From assembly GCA_004431415.1 (NCBI GenBank), contig QPMI01000436.1, positions 186,001 through 250,000 of the forward strand: a stretch of 64,000 nt of DNA. The letters are read 5' to 3'. The position numbers were made by a program, and so were the translations under genes. Shown here piece by piece: positions 25,311-38,844 of the stretch (the stretch's first letter is position 1; every line of letters starts with the position of its first letter). Under the pieces are notes generated by a model that saw only the letters and a program-made list of their open reading frames with translations, was not told the origin of the DNA and made no database searches. This DNA comes from Cyanophora paradoxa CCMP329. Its lineage: Eukaryota > Plantae > Glaucophyta.

Positions 25311-27042
25311 CAGTGATGGCTGGGTTATTGATAACATATTTTAGCAACCATTATTTTAACCCAGGTATTTTGATTATTATTGATAGTGGTGCCAAATTCC
25401 ATGGCCAGGGGTTATCGATAACACCGCTAATTAATGGGGGTACGGTGCCAAAATCCCATTTTCCTCGCGCAACAACGCGCAGAAACGATTAAGAATGACA
25501 GCAGAACGTTTAAGAATGCTGTTAGACACCAGGGAAACGCCAGCAGGCTCTGATGCAACGGATGCCGGATGACAACCCCTCGTCTTTCTGCCTGTAGACT
25601 TCTATGAGCTGGTCAGCAGCGTTTAATTGCTTTGGATAGTGGATAAGAGAGCGTTCTGAACAGTTTGGCGACGTTTCTGCTCTGTCCGAGCGCGGTTTCT
25701 ATGGCGCTTGTGGGGGTGGTCAGGCGAAGCCTCTTTCTCAAACCCAAAAACCGCCGATATAAATTCCTTTTTTAACCTTTTTTTCCACTCAAGATCCCCC
25801 CTGCTAAATAATTTCCGCGTCGCACTCCCTCGAGGACGAATTATTAATTCTGCCTCGACACGGACGCGATTGCCGCTAATGACTCAGCTACCCTAACCCC
25901 ACAGACCTCTCTAGATCCATTTTTAGCGTCGTGGCTCCCCTAAGACGACCGCTCGCCCGTGGGCGTCGCGCGAAAATCGAATTTCCCTCTGGATCAATTC
26001 CGGTACTTAACCTCCGACAAATGCAGTCCGAGTCAGAAGGTGGGACCCGGTCCCGCCCGGTCCCGCGACGAAATCGCGCCAGGGACGCCCCAGAACGATA
26101 CAGAATGCCGCGCGAGGGCGAGCGCATCGCCGCAAGCTCGATTTCAAGCGCCGTCGACGCTCCAGTGCGAAGAGTCGGCCGAAAATTTGATCCAGCGCTA
26201 GCCGGTCCCGCCCGGTCCCGCGACGCGCGCAATCGATGCGTACTGGCGCGCATGGACATAGCAGGGCCTGCGCACCCCCGAAATCCGCTTTTCGGAGCCG
26301 GAACAGCGCAGGAAGGTACCCGACGGCCAAAATTCGATCCTGCACGCGCCCTGACATCTTTCCGCGCGCCCACGCCGCGGCGCATGCGCGGAACGATAGC
26401 ATAAGCATTTAAGATGTAGGCAAAGTCTTCCGCACGCTTTGCGTATGCGACGGGCCGCGAGGACCCAGCCGACCCCGAAAATTCGATCCTGCATGGACCT
26501 GCACATCTTTCCGCGCGCCCTCGCCTCGAGCTCCGCAGCCCCGCACATCGATGCTATAGCTATATGCATTCAAGATTCTGTTTAAGCGATTCGCAAGCTC
26601 TGTGCATGCGCCTGGCCGCGAGAACCTTGCCCCTCCCGGGCCTCCCTCTCAACAATATTATATATAATTCATCTCCTCTAATCTCAACCTGCTCCGGCCT
26701 CCCTTTATTTCCTCAGTACATTAATATTCCTCTAGTTATATTCCTCTAGCCGGCCAGCGGTAGCTGGACTGGCCGTCAGCCGGCCAGCTTCCAACCAGAA
26801 AGCTGTTCGCGATCGGCCAGGCCGCTGGCCAGTGCCCTATAGGCCTACTGTGACAGCCGCGAGGGCGTCCGCGAGGCTTCGCCGTACTTAGTGCTCCGCA
26901 GGAGCACGGATCTTGTTATCGATAACATACGGTGCCATAATAATAATATAAAATAATGGTGCTCAAAAAAAAAAAAAAAAAATAAAGATTATAATTATCG
27001 ATAGCGGTCACGATTTGCCAAGAATTAATAATACCATCACTG
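25311..27042. mobile_element. hAT-type element with the same TIR family as 23723-24242 (1.7 kb, no transposase seen)
   Basis: Termini CAGTGATGG...CCATCACTG; subterminal TTATCGATA motifs at both ends; internal diverged repeats at ~25970-26640; flanking 8-mers do not match. Confidence 0.6.
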
Positions 27043-27095
27043 ACTTCGGGCCGGGCCTCTGCAATGCATATGAGTCTGCATGCGGCACTTATATA

Positions 27096-30000
27096 CTGTA
27101 GGCGTAGTTAAATTGCCGAATTCGCCCAAAACCGGAATTGCCGTGACGATAAATTCCCGAATGCAGAATTCTGCTCTATGGCGGGCTGGAAACATGCTTC
27201 TTTGGATCTCCGGGCCGCGCTCCGCGCGGTCGGCCAAGGCTCGCCTTGCAGCCGCCGGCCTTTCTTGCAATCAAGGAAGGAGGCGCTAATAAATAGAGAA
27301 AGGGGTAGCGCCTCATTGGGCCGCGGCTCAGCAGCAGCGCGGCTCCAAAGGAGGGCCGACCCAGAGGGGGCCTGGGGCCGGAAAAGGAAGACCACGTATT
27401 GCCTCGAGGGCGTGGTTGGGGAGGATATCTCTTCGCTCCCCGTGTGCCGGGGGGGTACACGATTGCTGCCCGGGTACACGAATCGCGCCCGCAGGGGTAC
27501 GCTGATTCGAGGGGGGTACAGCGCCCTAAGTTGCGTTGGAAAAGGAAGGCCGCTAAAGCGGACAGTCTCATCTGCATGACAGCCATATGAGGCTCGCAGA
27601 GTGAGGAGGGCCATTGGCCCGGGCCCCAGGCCTTAGGAAATCAACAACCCAAGCCGGGTCGGCGGAGTGAATCGGAGGCTAGGAGCTAATAAGGATTCGA
27701 ATTCTACGCGTACGTACGTATACTGATCATGAAGACCATGAATTAACTCTTGAGCTTGATCATGGGGCTCGAGACCGTGGTATACGTATACGCGTATCAT
27801 AGTAGTATACGTATACGTAGCTGTAGCTATAGTGGCCCAGTGGCGAGTTGAATTTCGAACTTCGGAAGGTGCCGCGGCCGGCGCCGCGCGCGTACGCGTG
27901 CGGGGCCGCGCGCGCCGTCGACGCGATGTGCGCGCGTCGCGACTAAGAGTATGCGCATTTATCATTGGCGCCGGCGCTGCGCATGCGGCCGCCGCTGGCG
28001 CTGGCGCGCGCTAGCCGCTGAGCCGCGGCCGCGCGCTGACCATGCATATGAGCGCTAGCGCTTGGAGGCGACTTGGGCGGCTTGAGCCCAAGTTGGTGGG
28101 GAAGGAGTTGCGGCTTGAGGCTCAAACCTAAGCCGGGGGGGAAGAGGTGGCGGCTTGCGGCTTGAAGCTTGCTGTCACACAGTGTGATCGTCGCGGAAAG
28201 ACGAGTACATTAGAGCGCCGCGCGGCCTTTGCTTCATACGGCGAAGCGTGCGCGTAGGGTATTAGAACCGGGCAAAGTGCTTCAATACGTCCGGGCGTGC
28301 CGGTTTGCCGCGGGCGATTTGCGGTGCGCGGGGGTACCGCTAGTAGTCGCGGCTTGAGTAGTCGATCAAACGAGTCCTCTTCGGCGCTGTTCGGCGCAAT
28401 CGTCGCGGACATGGATCCGAATCGCCTCGTCGCAACCGCGCCGCTGTGTATGTGCTCGGTGCGAAGAACCGCCGCGGCGCTCGTTCGTTACGAGTGCTTG
28501 CGGCTCGCCGCGCCGGCTTTCGTGGCGGCGCTGGCCGCGAGAGCTTGCTTGAAGTCGGTATGCGCGCGCGGGCTGCGCCCGGTGCGTGGATTCGGGCGCT
28601 GGCCATGGCCATGGGCTGAGCGCTGCGCGTTCGTGTCTAGATCTGCGGCTCGGAATCCGCGTCCTGGTCAGGCGTAGTTGCGCTCGGAGGCTCAAAGCTC
28701 GGAGGCAATCGTCGTTCGTGGCGCGAAGGTCCGCGGGCTGGATCCGCGGCGTCGCGCAGCTGCGGCCTGTACATGTACATGTACATGTACATGTACATGT
28801 ACGTATACATGCGTATATATGTGACGCATGGCTAGCGCTGGCGTGCGCGCGCGCCCCCGGGCCGGGCGGTCGCGCCGCGGGCGCTTGCATATGAAGCTGC
28901 CAGGCCTAGGTTCGCGCTTTAGGGCTGCCTTCAGGAGCTGCTAGGGAGCCTCCTGCCGCCGCCAGGGGCCGGTCTGTAAAGGGAGGAGCCGGTCCTGGCC
29001 ATATGCATGCCATGATGGGACGGGGTCGGGCGCCTCGAGGTGAACGACGGACTCGGGAGGTGATCGCGAGGTGAACGATCGTCACTCCGGGCCGGGCGTA
29101 TACGTAAGGGTCCGCGGGCTAGCGCTGGAGCTCGAGCCGCGGCATCGCGCAGCCGGCGCCGGCGCCTGCAGCTGGTCAGCCCATGGTGCCGTGGTATCAT
29201 ATGCATGAGCTGCCGCCCTGGCTCTCGCTTTGGAGCTGCCTTTAGGGGCCGCTGGAGGACCTCGAGCCCTGGCGCCGTGGCTATGCATATGGGGGTCCGG
29301 CTGGAAACTTGGAAAGGGTCGGGAATATCGAGCATTTTTTTTTCGGAGCCTGGGGCAGGGCCATGCGACTCGATCGCGAAGTGTAGTTCGGGGACGGTGG
29401 GTGGGCCGGCTAAGACGAAGCTGTCGCTCCCGCGGGGTAGCGGCAACTGCGAGGGGCCAGGGGCGAGCCCCCGGGGGGTACGGCGGGCCGAAGGGCGAGG
29501 TTCGAGGTTGGCCGTTCGCGCTCTGCCGTCCCTCGCTCAAAGAAAACAGATTACTCTCACGCGTTGCTGGAGTAATCAACTCTTCTTTGGATCTCCGGGC
29601 CGCGCTCCGCGCGGTCGGCCAAGGCTCGCCTTGCAGCCGCCGGCCTTTCTTGCAATCAAGGAAGGAGGCGCTAATAAATAGAGAAAGGGGTAGCGCCTCA
29701 TTGGGCGCGGCTCAGCAGCAGCGCGGCTCCAAAGGAGGGCCGACCCAGAGGGGCCTGGGCCGGAAAAGGAAGACCACGTATTGCCTCGAGGGCGTGGTTG
29801 GGGAGGATATCTCTTCGCTCCCCGTGTGCCGGGGGGGTACACGATTGCTGCCCGGGTACACGAATCGCGCCCGCAGGGGTACGCTGATTCGAGGGGGGTA
29901 CAGCGCCCTAAGCCAGGCAGGGGTTCGGGCCAGCATCAGCAGCAGCTCGTCGACTCGATATGCACAGGGAACGCGAAGGGTGCCGGCCGCGGGATCCGAC

Positions 30001-33000
30001 ACTGCGGATCCGAGCCAGAGCCGATCGCGAGCTCGAGCTTAGATCCCCCGGCGAAGACTTGCCAGTGCGACGAGAGGAGGGCCCTCAAGGGCCCACGTAC
30101 GCAGAGTGAACGTTAACGGTGAGCCCCTGCAGCTGGGCGACCGTCGGACGACAAGCCGTCGGGCTACTAGGCTACCGTAGTACGTGGATCACGCATGCAC
30201 AGTCGTGACGGAGAAGAGGCGGACTCGGGAATTCCAAGCTGGCGATCGAGCCTCGGACTCGGGGGCTGCGCCGCGTTCACCAGGACGAGGTGGAGAGCGC
30301 CATATGCATGCACGTGTCGCGGCGCGTCAAGCTTAAGGGAGGACCCGGCCCCGATTGCGAGCCGGCCATGCCGCAGTACTTCTGCACTGCGGCAGCACGC
30401 AGATAATAATCATGAGGAGCACGAGCCTTCGCGATAGGCGAGCCCGATCGCGAGCGTGAGGTGCACTTGCCACGGTGGGCCCGCTCCACAAAATAATACG
30501 TTTACGCCCTCGCGATCGCAGAACGTTGGGACCGGGCGTAGATGAGAATATACATAGATGCAGCGCTAACGGTAGTACTGGTGCCGCCGCCCCGGACGGT
30601 GCCTTCGAATTCGAAATTCTGCTGCAGAGGTGCGTGACGGCTGCAGCTGCCTTCTGAATTCGAAGTTCAGACGCTGCGCTCTCGGTTGCGAATTGGGGCG
30701 GTTGGCGGCCGCGCCGCTCGCGCGCAGCGAAGGCCGCTGGGCCGGTGCATTCGCAGCTAGTGGCGTTCCAGCCACGTGCAAGCGGTTACGTTACGTATGC
30801 CAAAGCCTTGAAGAGGCCTAGGGGCCGTGAGCTCGACGCCGGGTTAATATTAATTTGCCAGACGCTGACTCAGTGAGCCGCGGCTGATCATGAGACGCTG
30901 AGCACATATACACACACGAAAACGTCATAATCAGGGGCGAGACGTCGAGGCCCTGATCATGAGTTTTCAAGGCTCGCAATCGTGATCGGCCGGCGCCCGC
31001 CGGGGTGCGCATGCGCGTGCGAGGAGCGGACGGTCGATCGAAAAGCCGTCAAGGCGTGCTCGCGATCGATGATCGCGCGAGCGAATAAGGATTTAGAATT
31101 CCGGCCGCGCGCGGCGCCGGTGGCCGCGGCCGGCGCCGCCCGTCGGATGATAGTCGACGAGCATGAAGGGATCGATCGCGATATCCGCCCGTCGGAAGAT
31201 AGCCGATATATAGTCGATAGTCATGCCGTCTCGCTCTCAAGCGTACTATAGCTATTATGTATCGACTTGGTAGGTGTGCGAGAGGGCGAGAATTCGAAGG
31301 CCGGTTCCTTCAAGTAAGATTGATCATGAGGTACCGCCTCGCAGCCTCGACGACGTCGACGTGACTGCCGGATACGAGGCGATCGATATCCGATGATCGC
31401 GTGGGCCGGGGTCATATAAGGCTCCGGATCCGTGCGCGTGTCGGGCAGCATATATAAATATATAAAGAGGACAGTCGGATCACCGGCGTGCAGCTAGCGC
31501 CGGCATTCATGTGCACATCTGTCCCCATGATCATTCGAATGGATGATTTCTGGTGCTCGGCCTGGCGGGGAGCCGGCGCTCAACGCCAGAGGCGGGATTC
31601 GGAAGCGCAAGAGGTGGAGATCGATCGAAGCTGTGCACGTCACGGCGTGTAAGGCCTAGCTATAGGGCAGTCGGGCGCCGGATATTAATGGAAGCCGCTG
31701 GCTTCGGGGGCCTGGCTGTATAGTTACAGGGGCCATATGCATGGCCAAGGCTAAGGGCGCGACGGCCGCGCGGCGGCGGCCGCGGCCGGGCGCCGGCTCA
31801 GCGGCTGTGAGCCTGTGACTCAGCGATCGCGATCGCGAGGGGCGGGTTCAAATAATGAGCGTCGTGCCAACGAATCGAAGGCGTTGACGTCACAGCGCGA
31901 TGCACATGCATATATGCCGTGTGTATGTATCTGCCAGGCTGCATGATCCGATGATCATGATGTGCAGCGCTCAAATCCGAGCTTAGCGCTCAAATCCGAG
32001 CTTAGCTTAAGAAATAAATGTATATGTCGATGCGCTGCAGCCTATATATATGCATATGCCTGGCCATATGCATGGCCAATGCATATGCCATATATGCATG
32101 CCAGTTTGGCATGGTGAAGAAGTTCGAATTCGAAGTTGTAATATATATAATTAAGCGGGCGCCAAATTAAATTCCAGCTGAGGGCCCGCCGAGCGTGGTC
32201 CGGCCGCGAGCTCGATTCGCAAGGGGCCGGCGCCGCCGGCCGGGTCTGAGATTCGAAGGGGGGTCCTGCGGCATGCGCATGCATATGCATATGCGCAGTG
32301 CGTCGATCATATGCCGCAGTGCCTCGGATTGCCTGCTTCGAGCTCGGGTGCGCAGCCGCAATTGCAATTTTCCAGGCCCGGCCGATGAAGTTTTTTCCGA
32401 AAGATCGTTTGGAGACGTGTCCACGTCCCCCATGGCCAGGCTGGCAGGGCCTCGCCGAGTAGGGTGAGCCAATATATCGTGAAGGCGCGCCTGACCATGC
32501 CATGATGTGCCCAAGCTGCGTAAAAGGTGGGCATGCCCAGGGCAGGCCGCAGCTCCGACGTATATACGTAATTAATATTAGAGACGCCGTATACGTAGCA
32601 AGATCAGTTGATCGCCAAGTAAATGCGAGTCGCGCTCAAATTATAAGCTCGCGATCGTTCCGAGCTCTGAGTTCGGCCCCCGCGTCGCACTGCGCCCGGG
32701 GCCCGGCGCCGGAGTTCGACTTGGTGAGGCCCGTAAATCTCACGGTAGCGATCGAGGGAGCGCGAGGCGGCGGAGGGCCGCGGCCGGCGGCCGCGGGTCT
32801 TATAATGAAGCAGATAATTATATAAGGGGCGGATGCCGGGGTTCGGCGGGCGTCATCCCTTTTGAAGTCGATTGCGAGCTCGAGGGGTGTCAGCGCTCGC
32901 AAACCGTGAACTTGGGTAGGGTACCGTTGGAGGCGGTCTTAATCATAATTATATAAAAGGCACTTGTACCATGGCCAGCTGCAGGCTTGCAAATTGTGCG

Positions 33001-36000
33001 TGCTGGCGAAACTGCGCATGCACTGCGGCAGCTGGCCATGGCCGGTCTGGAAGGCGCTCACGCGCGCCTTAACAACGTGCTCTAGCCATAATACTGCGGC
33101 ACTATTGCGCATGCGCAGGGCCGCTTGAGGCGAGGTGGTGAGTACATATCTACATCTGAAGCCGCAGGCCTAGGTGGGCGAGCATGAACATGTATACGTA
33201 ATTCGGGTTCGAGCGCGCAAGCGTGATGAGGGCCCCGCGGCCGGGTGCACGTGTCACGTGTCGAATTCGACGGCCGGTGCCGGTTCCGAATTTGCCAGCG
33301 CTAGCCGGCCCGGGAGGCGCGGCACCGGTTCCGGTCGAGAGAAAAAAAATATTAATTGCCGAAAATGAAGATGAATCGATGCCGGTCGGCACTTATATAA
33401 TTATAATTAGGAAAGACCGTCGGACCGCTGGCTCGAGCTCCCGTCGAAAAACAAGGCCGGTACCGGTCCTGTCACAGGCTGTCAAACAGATTGCATCGGT
33501 GCGGGCGCCCGCGCGGGCTCGCGCTCGAGCTAGTGCAGATCGCGAGCGGGGCGCTGGCGCCGTCTACTATAGTAGACGTATACGTAGAGCCTCGGCTACC
33601 GGCCGCTCGAGCTCCGCAAAGTGAGGCCTAGGGCCGGCCCTAGGCTCGCGTGGGCAATTGCAAGTCACCGGGTGTGATTGTATATATACTATGATAATTT
33701 GGCGTTGAAGGCGCGCGCGACGTCGCCGAGGCCCTGAGGGTCGCGAGCTCCGAGGCTCGAGCCGCCGGGCCCCGCGGCCGGCCGCGGGTGCGCGCGCGGA
33801 AGCCAAATGCGCGCTAGTCGTTGCCAAGTTGTACATGTGGCCGGTTGCGAAAATGATTTGAATTTGAAGTCCGACGGTCGGCTCGGTCAACAAATTCGCA
33901 ACTCGAAAATTCGGAGCTCGGCAATTAAAGCTCAACATGGCAATTGCAAGCTCGCGTGCGGATCCGATGATCTGGATCATACCCGCGTACGAGCAGCTGC
34001 AGGGCTAGCGCTAGCAATTGCAAGTACATTGGAATCTGCATGCGCAGCTGCAGCTGCAGCTGCAGTGATGTCAATGTTAACGTTAACGTGGATCCCGGAT
34101 GCCATGATGCAGATGATCACGATCATGATCATGATCAGCGGCTTGAAGCTATTAAGCGGCTTGATGCGACCGGTTCGATACCGCGGCCGTGAACGTAGGC
34201 CTAGCTATATAGCTATATATATAGGCGGGGCCGGCGCCGCGCCGGCGCCGGCGGCCTGCGCGCGGCCGGCGCTGGCGGGCCGCCGCGGCAAGTCGAGATA
34301 AACTTCCGAAGTTCGGAATCAATTGCAATATATGTCATGCATACTATGATATCGCGTATGCCATGCGCGCGCGCCGGGGGTCGCCCGGCCGGGCCCGGGC
34401 CGCGCGCAGCGCTAGCTGTAGACTGGGAAGATCGTTGACGTAAGAAAGCATGTATATTGCGGGCCTCGGACATCGGCCGAGTGCTCTATTCCCTTGGCCA
34501 AGTGTACATGTGCCCTTAAGCTTCAGCTTCCGGATCTGAAGTCTGTGTTGGCCGCCGCGCGTGCGTCATGACTTCTGCTTGCGATTGCAATGCGGTCCAT
34601 GACCGGCACTAACAACATGGAAACGCATGACGCCGACCACCGGAGGTGGAAGCGAAGAAAAGAAAAGAAGACTGGCCGGTCCACGTGCGCCGTTGGCGCC
34701 GAGAGAGAAAGAAAGAGCTCGAAGGAGCTAGAGAGGGCTCGAGGGAGCGCTCCGAAAAGAGAAACTGATGATAAGGAAATTCGATCGGAGAAGAGAGAAC
34801 GCGAGCGCCGGGCGCCGTCGCCGGCGCTACAAGAGCTACGGAGGCCCAGCGCTAGCGCTAGCGGCCAGTAGCGGATGATAACAAAGGCCGGGACGCGGCG
34901 CGGGGCCCCGGGCGGCGCCTGAATCACGTGGCCGTTGGAGGTCCTGAGCACCGGCCGGTCCGGGCAGGATCCAGAAGGAACTCCAGAAGTCCGGCGGACT
35001 CTGAGGCGTGGGTGGAATCAGTACGCCGTGCGCCATAGGTCGTGCGCCACGGAGTCGCTTGCCGCGCTCGTGGCACATGCATATGGTCGGCGTGTGCATG
35101 CGGACACGGCCGGGCGCGCGCGTACCGTAGTACGTTGAGCGGACCCGAGGCGGCGCTGAACGGGTCCGGGGCCTCCAGTCCTGGAATGTGAACGACCGTG
35201 GTCGATTCGATCGAAAGGATCGAAAACCTTGATGGTGTGCCGCCGTAGCGCCGAACTTCGATCAAGAGGAATCGCTTCGAGCCTCCGGCCGCGGTAGCGG
35301 CAGTTCGGCCTGCCGAATCGATGAATCTGTCGTAAAGTAGGCGAACGTGAGTCGCTCGTGTGCGCGTGTGCGCGTGTGCGTGTGCCTGCGGCGAGCTGGA
35401 TGCTGGGGTGCCGCGTGCGGCGGTCGCTTGCGACCGTGGATGATCTGCGTCGTTATCGATGATCTGGATCTTCGTCGAACAACGATGATCTTCGGCCGCC
35501 GTCGTGAGGCGCCGGCGGTTGATGAGGCGTGACGATGATGATCTCGGGTGCTCGCGGCCTGATGAGGCCATGCGCGAGGATGATTAGTAAGGGTGCTGCT
35601 CGTGCCAGGAGGAGGCAGGTCGCGTGTTGCCGATCGAGGCGCGACCTGCGTCCGCGTTGGCGGCGAGTCGGCGCGCTTCGACGACCTGCGAACGGTCGAG
35701 TCAGTGATCTAGTATCGTTCGGTGCACTGCTGATGCTGGCAATGCCCGGCTAAGACGAAGCTGTCGCTCCCGCGGGGTAGCGGCAACTGCGAGGGGCCAG
35801 GGGCGAGCCCCCGGGGGGTACGGCGGGCCGAAGGGCGAGGTTCGAGGTTGGCCGTTCGCGCTCTGCCGTCCCTCGCTCAAAGAAAACAGATTACTCTCAC
35901 GCGTTGCTGGAGTAATCAACTCCGCAGTGCCTACCCCCCAAGCGATTGCCGTGGTGCTAAATTGCCGAATTCAGCCTCTCGGCAATTTACGGCAATTCAA

Positions 36001-36045
36001 AACCATGGCGATTTAACTACTCCAGGCCCTGAGGTACTCCTACAG
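27096..36045. mobile_element. Tc1/mariner-type MITE split in two (27096-27197 and 35923-36045) by the split-direct-repeat element
   Basis: TA|CTGTAGG...CCTACAG|TA termini; the joined halves are colinear with the reverse complement of the intact relative at 39045-39269. Confidence 0.8.
27198..35922 (-). mobile_element. Split-direct-repeat element (PAT/Ngaro-like, DIRS order), apparently degenerate or non-autonomous
   Basis: Repeat A 27198-27530 = 29583-29912; repeat B 35746-35922 = 29406-29582. The internal copy is the exact B|A head-to-tail junction. No TSD. Strand inferred from the A1...B1A2...B2 layout. Confidence 0.75.
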
Positions 36046-36961
36046 TAATTAGCTCCGAGGAGTCCGAGCCAGGCGAGCCTCCGACTCTAATTATAAGCTC
36101 CGGAATCCGGCCCGGCAACTTGGCAACTCGGCGGCAAGTCGGCGGCAACGGCCCGGCCGGCGGCCGGCCCCGGTGGCGCCGGCCCGGCGGGCCGGCGGCG
36201 GCGGCGGCGCCGGGCGGCGCCGGCGCCGCCCGCCGGGCGCGGGGCGCCGGCGGCGGCCGGCGCCGCCGGGCGGGCCGGGGCCGCCGGGCGGGCCGGGCGG
36301 CCGGGCCGGGGCCGGCCCGGCGGGCGCCCGGCCCGGCGGCCCGGCGGCCGCGGGCGGCGCGCGGCGCGCGCGTGGCGCCGCGCGCGGCGGCGGCCCTCCC
36401 GCGGCCGCGAGACGGCGCGAGTCCGGACTCCGGAATCCAGATTCCGCCGAGTCCGGTGACTCCGGTCCAATATTTAATTTCCGAAGTTCCGGAGTCCGGA
36501 CTCGGGGAACTTCGGAATCGACGGGGATCCGGCCCGGCGGATTCCGGACTCTGCCAGTGAGTAGGCTTGCGGAGTCAATGCGGAGTCATTGCGGACTCGG
36601 CGCCGAGTCCGACGGTCGGCGGACTCGCGCTCCGGACTTCCGGTCCGTAAGTTCCGGACTCCGCCGGCCGGCCCGGCCGGGAGGACCGGCCCGCGGACTC
36701 GCGACCGTTCGGAATCGCGAGTCGCGACTCCGTTCGGACTCGCGAGCCTCAAGCTCGGAGTCGCGACTCCGACTCGGCGAGTCTCAGCACGCGGCAGCAC
36801 ACATGCACAGTAACAGTAACAGTAACAGTAACACTGTGACAGTCACTGAGTAACAGTAACAGTAATTATAACCAGCCTAGTAGTAGGCTAGTACTACCTC
36901 AGTACTACTACTGCCGTGGTGCTAAATTGCCGAATTCAGCCTCTCGGCAATTTACGGCAAT
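32855..36961. repeat. Segmental duplication, copy 1 (~4.1 kb)
   Basis: Near-identical to 44917-50087 apart from homopolymer-length differences and the 1.05 kb retro-insertion. Confidence 0.95.
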
Positions 36962-38844
36962 TCAAAACCATGGCGATTTAACTACTCCAGGCCCTGAGGT
37001 ACTCCTACAGTAATTAGCTCCGAGGAGTCCGAGCCAGGCGAGCCTCCGACTCTAATTATAAGCTCCGGAATCCGGCCCGGCAACTTGGCAACTCGGCGGC
37101 AAGTCGGCGGCAACGGCCCGGCCGGCGGCCGGCCCCGGTGGCGCCGGCCCGGCGGGCCGGCGGCGGCGGCGGCGCCGGCGGCGCCGGCGCCGCCCGCCGG
37201 GCGCGGGGCGCCGGCGGGCGGCCGGCGCCGCCGGCGGGCCGGGCCGCCGGGCGGGCCGGGCGGCCGGGCCGGGGCCGGCCCGGGCGGGCGCCCGGCCCGG
37301 CGGCCCGGCGGCCGCGGGCGGGCGCGCGGCGCGCGCGTGGCGCCGCGCGCGGCGGCGGCCCTCCGCGGCCGCGAGACGGCGCGAGTCCGGACTCCGGAAT
37401 CCAGATTCCGCCGAGTCCGGTGACTCCGGTCCAATATTTAATTTCCGAAGTTCCGGAGTCCGGACTCGGGGAACTTCGGAATCGACGGGGATCCGGCCCG
37501 GCGGATTCCGGACTCTGCCAGTGAGTAGGCTTGCGGAGTCAATGCGGAGTCATTGCGGACTCGGCGCCGAGTCCGACGGTCGGCGGACTCGCGCTCCGGA
37601 CTTCCGGTCCGTAAGTTCCGGACTCCGCCGGCCGGCCCGGGCCGGGAGGACCGGCCCGCGGGACTCGCGACCGTTCGGAATCGCGAGTCGCGACTCCGTT
37701 CGGACTCGCGAGCCTCAAGCTCGGAGTCGCGACTCCGACTCGGCGAGTCTCAGCACGCGGCAGCACACATGCACAGTAACAGTAACAGTAACAGTAACAC
37801 TGTGACAGTCACTGAGTAACAGTAACAGTAATTATAACCAGCCTAGTAGTAGGCTAGTACTACCTCAGTACTACTACTGCCGTGGTGCTAAATTGCCGAA
37901 TTCAGCCTCTCGGCAATTTACGGCAATTCAAAACCATGGCGATTTAACTACTCCAGCCCTGAGGTACTCCTACAGTAATTAGCTCCGAGGAGTCCGAGCC
38001 AGGCGAGCCTCCGACTCTAATTATAAGCTCCGGAATCCGGCCCGGCAACTTGGCAACTCGGCGGCAAGTCGGCGGCAACGGCCCGGCCGGCGGCCGGCCC
38101 CGGTGGCGCCGGCCCGGCGGGCCGGCGGCGGCGGCGGCGCCGGGCGGCGCCGGCGCCGCCCGCCGGGCGCGGGGCGCCGGCGGGCGGCCGGCGCCGCCGG
38201 GCGGGCCGGGGCCGCCGGGCGGGCCGGGGCGGCCGGGCCGGGCCGGCCCGGGCGGGCGCCCGGCCGGCGGCCCGGCGGCCGCGGCGGGCGCGCGGCGCGC
38301 GCGTGGCGCCGCGCGCGGCGGCGGCCCTCCCGCGGCCGCGAGACGGCGCGAGTCCGGACTCCGGAATCCAGATTCCGCCGAGTCCGGTGACTCCGGTCCA
38401 ATATTTAATTTCCGAAGTTCCGGAGTCCGGACTCGGGGAACTTCGGAATCGACGGGGATCCGGCCCGGCGGATTCCGGACTCTGCCAGTGAGTAGGCTTG
38501 CGGAGTCAATGCGGAGTCATTGCGGACTCGGCGCCGAGTCCGACGGTCGGCGGACTCGCGCTCCGGACTTCCGGTCCGTAAGTTCCGGACTCCGCCGGCC
38601 GGCCCGGGCCGGGAGGACCGGCCCGCGGGACTCGCGACCGTTCGGAATCGCGAGTCGCGACTCCGTTCGGACTCGCGAGCCTCAAGCTCGGAGTCGCGAC
38701 TCCGACTCGGCGAGTCTCAGCACGCGGCAGCACACATGCACAGTAACAGTAACAGTAACAGTAACACTGTGACAGTCACTGAGTAACAGTAACAGTAATT
38801 ATAACCAGCCTAGTAGTAGGCTAGTACTACCTCAGTACTACTAC
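35947..38844. repeat. Tandem array of 3 x ~966 bp units
   Basis: Units start TGCCGTGGTGCTAAATTG at 35947, 36912 and 37878. Each has a MITE right end, a ~260-bp almost pure G/C tract, GGACTC/GAGTCC repeats and (CAGTAA)n. Confidence 0.95.

Noticed and set aside
25888-25900. Telomere-like CCCTAACCC
   Set aside because: Only a single unit.
36087-38786. Many overlapping ORFs in the ~966-bp units
   Set aside because: Stop-poor G/C repeat DNA with no domain signal.
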